Positions 60,761 to 64,000 of a stretch of 64,000 nucleotides of DNA are shown one piece after another (positions within the stretch are counted from its first letter, which is position 1; every line of letters begins with the position of its first letter). The DNA is from Pelagibacteraceae bacterium AG-337-G06 (GTDB lineage: Bacteria > Pseudomonadota > Alphaproteobacteria > Pelagibacterales > AG-422-B15), in NCBI GenBank assembly GCA_003282175.1, contig QBZX01000006.1, positions 11,756 to 75,755 of the forward strand, read 5' to 3'. A model generated the notes under the pieces. The model had not been told where the DNA came from. It saw only the letters and a program-made list of their open reading frames with translations, and did no database searches. A program made the translations under genes and the position numbers.

Positions 60761-62629
60761 ATGTCTAACTTTGATGTCGTTGTAATTGGTGGTGGTCACG
60801 CGGGTTGTGAAGCAGCAACAACAGCCGCACGAGTAGGCGCTAAAACCCTTTTAATCAGCCATAAATTTGAGACCATTGGTGAAATGTCCTGTAATCCAGC
60901 CATTGGCGGACTGGGTAAAGGCCACTTAGTTAGAGAAATTGATGCTTTAGATGGCATCATGGGAAGAATTGCAGATCTCTCAAGTATTCAATATCGGCTC
61001 TTAAACCGTACAAAAGGTCCTGCTGTGCGAGGGCCGCGCGCTCAATCGGATCGGAAATTGTACAAAAAATATATGCAAGAGGAGATCGTTCAAACTAAAA
61101 ATTTAGAATGTTTATTTGATCCCGTTGAAGATTTAATTTTTGACCAGGATAAACAAATAGCTGGTGTCTTATGCGAAAGTGGAGAGAAGGTTTCAACAAA
61201 AAAAGTGATCATTACGACTGGCACATTTTTAAATGGCCTTATTCATTTGGGTGAAAAAACAATACCTGCAGGAAGGCATGGTGACGCTCCATCAATCGGC
61301 TTAGCAAAATCTTTATATAAAACAGGCTTTAATATTGGAAGATTGAAGACTGGCACTCCTGCAAGAATTGATAAAAATACTATTGATTTTGATCGGCTTG
61401 AAAAACAGGATGCAGATGAAAAGCACTCATATTTTTCATTCTTAACGAACAAAACTTATAACGAGCAACTGCCTTGTCACATCACTCATACAAATGAATC
61501 AGTTCATGACATTATTCAAAAAAATATAGCAAAATCAGCTATTTACTCGGGTCAAATCAGTGGAACAGGACCTCGATATTGCCCCTCTGTTGAAGATAAA
61601 GTTGTAAAGTTTGCCGATAAATTAAGACATCAAATTTTCCTTGAGCCAGAAGGTTTAGATAGTGATTTGATATATCCAAATGGAATATCAACCTCATTAC
61701 CTGCAGACGTTCAAGACGAATTTATCAGCAAAATCAATGGTTTAGAGAAGGCAAAGATTATAAGACATGGTTATGCTATCGAATATGATTTTATTGATCC
61801 ACAAGAGCTTTATCAAACCTTAGAGACTAAAAGAATAAAAGGCCTTTATCTAGCTGGTCAAATTAATGGCACAACTGGATATGAAGAAGCTGCAGCTCAA
61901 GGATTGGTTGCAGGCTTAAACGCTGCAATTTCTATTAAAAATAAAGAACACATTTTTTCTAGAAATGATTCTTATATTGGAGTGATGATTGATGATTTGA
62001 CTCTTAAAGGAGTGACAGAGCCTTATAGAATGTTTACATCAAGGGCAGAATACCGTTTATTATTAAGAGCTGACAATGCTGATTTGAGACTTACAGAAAC
62101 CGCTAATACATTAGGACTTGTTTCAAAGAACAGATACGAGCATTTTACCAATAAACAAACTAAAATGAATGCGTTGTTAAATATTGTTAAAAATCAATAT
62201 GTTACACCAAATAAAGCTGAAAAAATGGGTGTCAAAATTAATAAAGATGGTAAAAAAAGGTCTGCATTTGATTTATTGGCCTACCCAGATATTGATATCA
62301 ACACTGTAGGAGATATGTTTAAGATAAATTTAAATGATTTTTCAGAAGAGGTATTAGAGCAAGTCTCAATTGAAGCTCACTATAAAGGTTATCTTAAAAA
62401 GCAAGAAAGTGAGATCATTTCAATAAATAAAGAAGAAAAAATAAAGATACCTGAAAGAATGAACTATGATGATTTGTTAAGTTTATCCAATGAAATTAGG
62501 GAAAAATTATCAAAAATTAAGCCAAAAAGCATTGCCCAGGCGTCAAGAATTGACGGTGTCACTCCTGCCGCTTTAGGGATAATATTGGCTCATATAAAAA
62601 CTCAAGCAAAATTAAAAAAACTGGCTTAA
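60761..62629 (+). CDS. mnmG: tRNA uridine-5-carboxymethylaminomethyl modification enzyme MnmG (GidA)
   Basis: [14 protein letters not shown] motif, [11 protein letters not shown] and [16 protein letters not shown]. Confidence 0.98.
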   Translation: MSNFDVVVIGGGHAGCEAATTAARVGAKTLLISHKFETIGEMSCNPAIGGLGKGHLVREIDALDGIMGRIADLSSIQYRLLNRTKGPAVRGPRAQSDRKLYKKYMQEEIVQTKNLECLFDPVEDLIFDQDKQIAGVLCESGEKVSTKKVIITTGTFLNGLIHLGEKTIPAGRHGDAPSIGLAKSLYKTGFNIGRLKTGTPARIDKNTIDFDRLEKQDADEKHSYFSFLTNKTYNEQLPCHITHTNESVHDIIQKNIAKSAIYSGQISGTGPRYCPSVEDKVVKFADKLRHQIFLEPEGLDSDLIYPNGISTSLPADVQDEFISKINGLEKAKIIRHGYAIEYDFIDPQELYQTLETKRIKGLYLAGQINGTTGYEEAAAQGLVAGLNAAISIKNKEHIFSRNDSYIGVMIDDLTLKGVTEPYRMFTSRAEYRLLLRADNADLRLTETANTLGLVSKNRYEHFTNKQTKMNALLNIVKNQYVTPNKAEKMGVKINKDGKKRSAFDLLAYPDIDINTVGDMFKINLNDFSEEVLEQVSIEAHYKGYLKKQESEIISINKEEKIKIPERMNYDDLLSLSNEIREKLSKIKPKSIAQASRIDGVTPAALGIILAHIKTQAKLKKLA

Positions 62630-62639
62630 TATCCTCATT

Positions 62640-63263
62640 ATGGAGGATTCGCCAGAAGCTCTTATGGAGCTAAAAAGTAATGTTTCACGTGAAACAATCA
62701 ATAAACTCGATCTTTACAGATCATTGATACTGGCCGAAAAGCAAAGCCTTATATCAAAAAAGGACAAAAACCTTCTTTGGATTAGGCATTTTTATGATTC
62801 GCTCCGAATAAGTGATTTGATTCGCGAAAATAAACAAAACATTATCGATATTGGCAGTGGTCCAGGTCTTCCTGGAATCCCATTATCATTGTTTTATAAT
62901 GGCGAAAATTCGATATTTTTGTGCGAAAATCGAAGGAAAAGAGCAGAATTTTTAGACTATTGTATCGATGCTTTAAAATTAAAAAATACTTATGTGATTC
63001 CTCATAAAGCTGAGAAAGCAACAAATCAAAAATTTGATATTATTTTAGCCAGAGCAGTTGGACGATTAAATGATCTATTATCAATAAGTTATAATATATC
63101 GAAAAAAAGTACTACATTCCTTTTTCATAAAGGTATACATATAGATAATGAGATTGATGAAGCCACTAAATGTTGGGAATTTGATCATAAATTGCATGAA
63201 AACAGTGTTGAAAAGGGATCTTTTATTTTGGAACTAAATAATGTAATAAAATCAAGTACTTAA
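62640..63263 (+). CDS. rsmG: 16S rRNA (guanine527-N7)-methyltransferase RsmG (GidB)
   Basis: DIGSGPGLPGIPL SAM-binding motif. Follows mnmG. Confidence 0.92.
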   Translation: MEDSPEALMELKSNVSRETINKLDLYRSLILAEKQSLISKKDKNLLWIRHFYDSLRISDLIRENKQNIIDIGSGPGLPGIPLSLFYNGENSIFLCENRRKRAEFLDYCIDALKLKNTYVIPHKAEKATNQKFDIILARAVGRLNDLLSISYNISKKSTTFLFHKGIHIDNEIDEATKCWEFDHKLHENSVEKGSFILELNNVIKSST

Positions 63264-63264
63264 C

Positions 63265-64000
63265 ATGAAAATGAAAATAATTGCTATTTCTAATCAAAAA
63301 GGAGGGGTCGGAAAGACGACTACAGCAATAAACTTATCCACAGCCCTCGCGGCGATAGGCCAAAAGGTGTTAATCATTGATCTAGATCCTCAGGGCAATG
63401 CAAGCACTGGTTTAGGGGTTGATTATGGTCAGAGGGAAAATTCTATTTACGAAGTATTAGCGGGACAAGCAAATATTTTAGACTCCATTCGAAAAACCGA
63501 AATTGATAATCTTTTTTTAATTCCCTCAACAGTTGATTTGTCTGGAATTGAACCTGAGCTTGCTGATGTTAACGATCGAGCTTTCACATTAAAAAATATT
63601 TTTAATGCAAATGAAAAATTAAATGAGTTTGATTTTATTTTTATTGATTGCCCACCCGCGTTAAGCTTGTTGACGGTGATGGCCATGACGACGGCAAATG
63701 CAATTATTGTTCCGTTGCAATGTGAATTTTTTGCACTCGAAGGCCTCAGTCAGTTAATTAAAACAATTGAACGTGTAAAACAGAATCTAAATCCTGGGTT
63801 ATCTATTGATGGGATTGTGTTGACGATGTACGACAGCAGAAACAAACTATCTTCCCAAGTTGCGACAGACGTTAGAAATCATTTAAGGGAACAAGTTTAT
63901 GAAACCATTATACCTCGAAACGTTAGAGTTTCAGAAGCTCCATCTTTCGGGATGCCTGCATTAATTTATGATCAAAGAGCGTCAGGCAGTCAGGCTTATT
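63265..64000 (+). CDS. parA: Chromosome partitioning ATPase ParA (Soj), truncated by the right edge of the window
   Basis: Not in the ORF track because no stop lies in the window. My translation from the ATG at 63265 reads MKMKIIAISNQKGGVGKTTTAINLSTALAAIGQKVLIIDLDPQGNAS... It has the deviant Walker A KGGVGKTT. Follows rsmG, as in most bacteria. Confidence 0.93.
   Translation, partial: MKMKIIAISNQKGGVGKTTTAINLSTALAAIGQKVLIIDLDPQGNASTGLGVDYGQRENSIYEVLAGQANILDSIRKTEIDNLFLIPSTVDLSGIEPELADVNDRAFTLKNIFNANEKLNEFDFIFIDCPPALSLLTVMAMTTANAIIVPLQCEFFALEGLSQLIKTIERVKQNLNPGLSIDGIVLTMYDSRNKLSSQVATDVRNHLREQVYETIIPRNVRVSEAPSFGMPALIYDQRASGSQAY

Noticed and set aside
1-64000. I looked for CRISPR arrays, tRNA/rRNA genes, transposases, integrases, toxin-antitoxin pairs and known defence genes.
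   Set aside because: No spacer-repeat periodicity was seen. No intergenic stretch is long enough, or carries T-loop-like motifs, for a tRNA. No ORF resembles a recombinase, nuclease-helicase or abortive-infection module. PhoH, HIT, FxsA and Maf are all in conserved housekeeping contexts here.

Overview
The window is a very AT-rich, tightly packed stretch of core chromosome. It holds about 72 protein-coding genes, many with overlapping start or stop codons. I saw no rRNA, tRNA, CRISPR array, transposase or integrase. The gene order is typical of an alphaproteobacterium: purF-pnp-rpsO-truB-rbfA-infB-nusA; trmB-metK-lnt-corC-ybeY-phoH-miaB-plsC-fur-tsaB; murJ-trpS; rsmI/lpoA-like; rdgB-rph/grpE-dnaK-dnaJ; a hisBHAFE cluster divergent from hslVU; Tim44-like/fxsA-secB; and dnaQ-coaE-aroE-maf/hemE-hemH-hemG-rho followed by mnmE-mnmG-rsmG-parA. 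Together with the streamlining, this suggests a Pelagibacterales (SAR11)-like organism, but that is inference only. Two features stand out. The first is the probable chromosomal origin (oriC) in the 275-bp maf/hemE spacer, which has a perfect DnaA box, several near-perfect boxes and AT-rich tracts. The second is a single-gene insertion: a signal-peptide-bearing agmatine-deiminase-family gene bracketed by a perfect 28-bp direct repeat that duplicates the 3' end of apt. Lesser observations are sigma-32-like promoters at dnaK and hslVU, a promoter plus hairpin-U-tract leader before nusA, a long C-rich/G-poor rho leader, a gamma-type HemG in the heme cluster, divergent genes sharing start-codon bases, and convergent genes sharing stop-codon bases. 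I did not find a convincing previously undescribed multi-gene system, such as a defence island or toxin-antitoxin pair. This looks like an ordinary core region, and the interest scores reflect that. All calls come from reading the sequence and the supplied translations; no database search was run.
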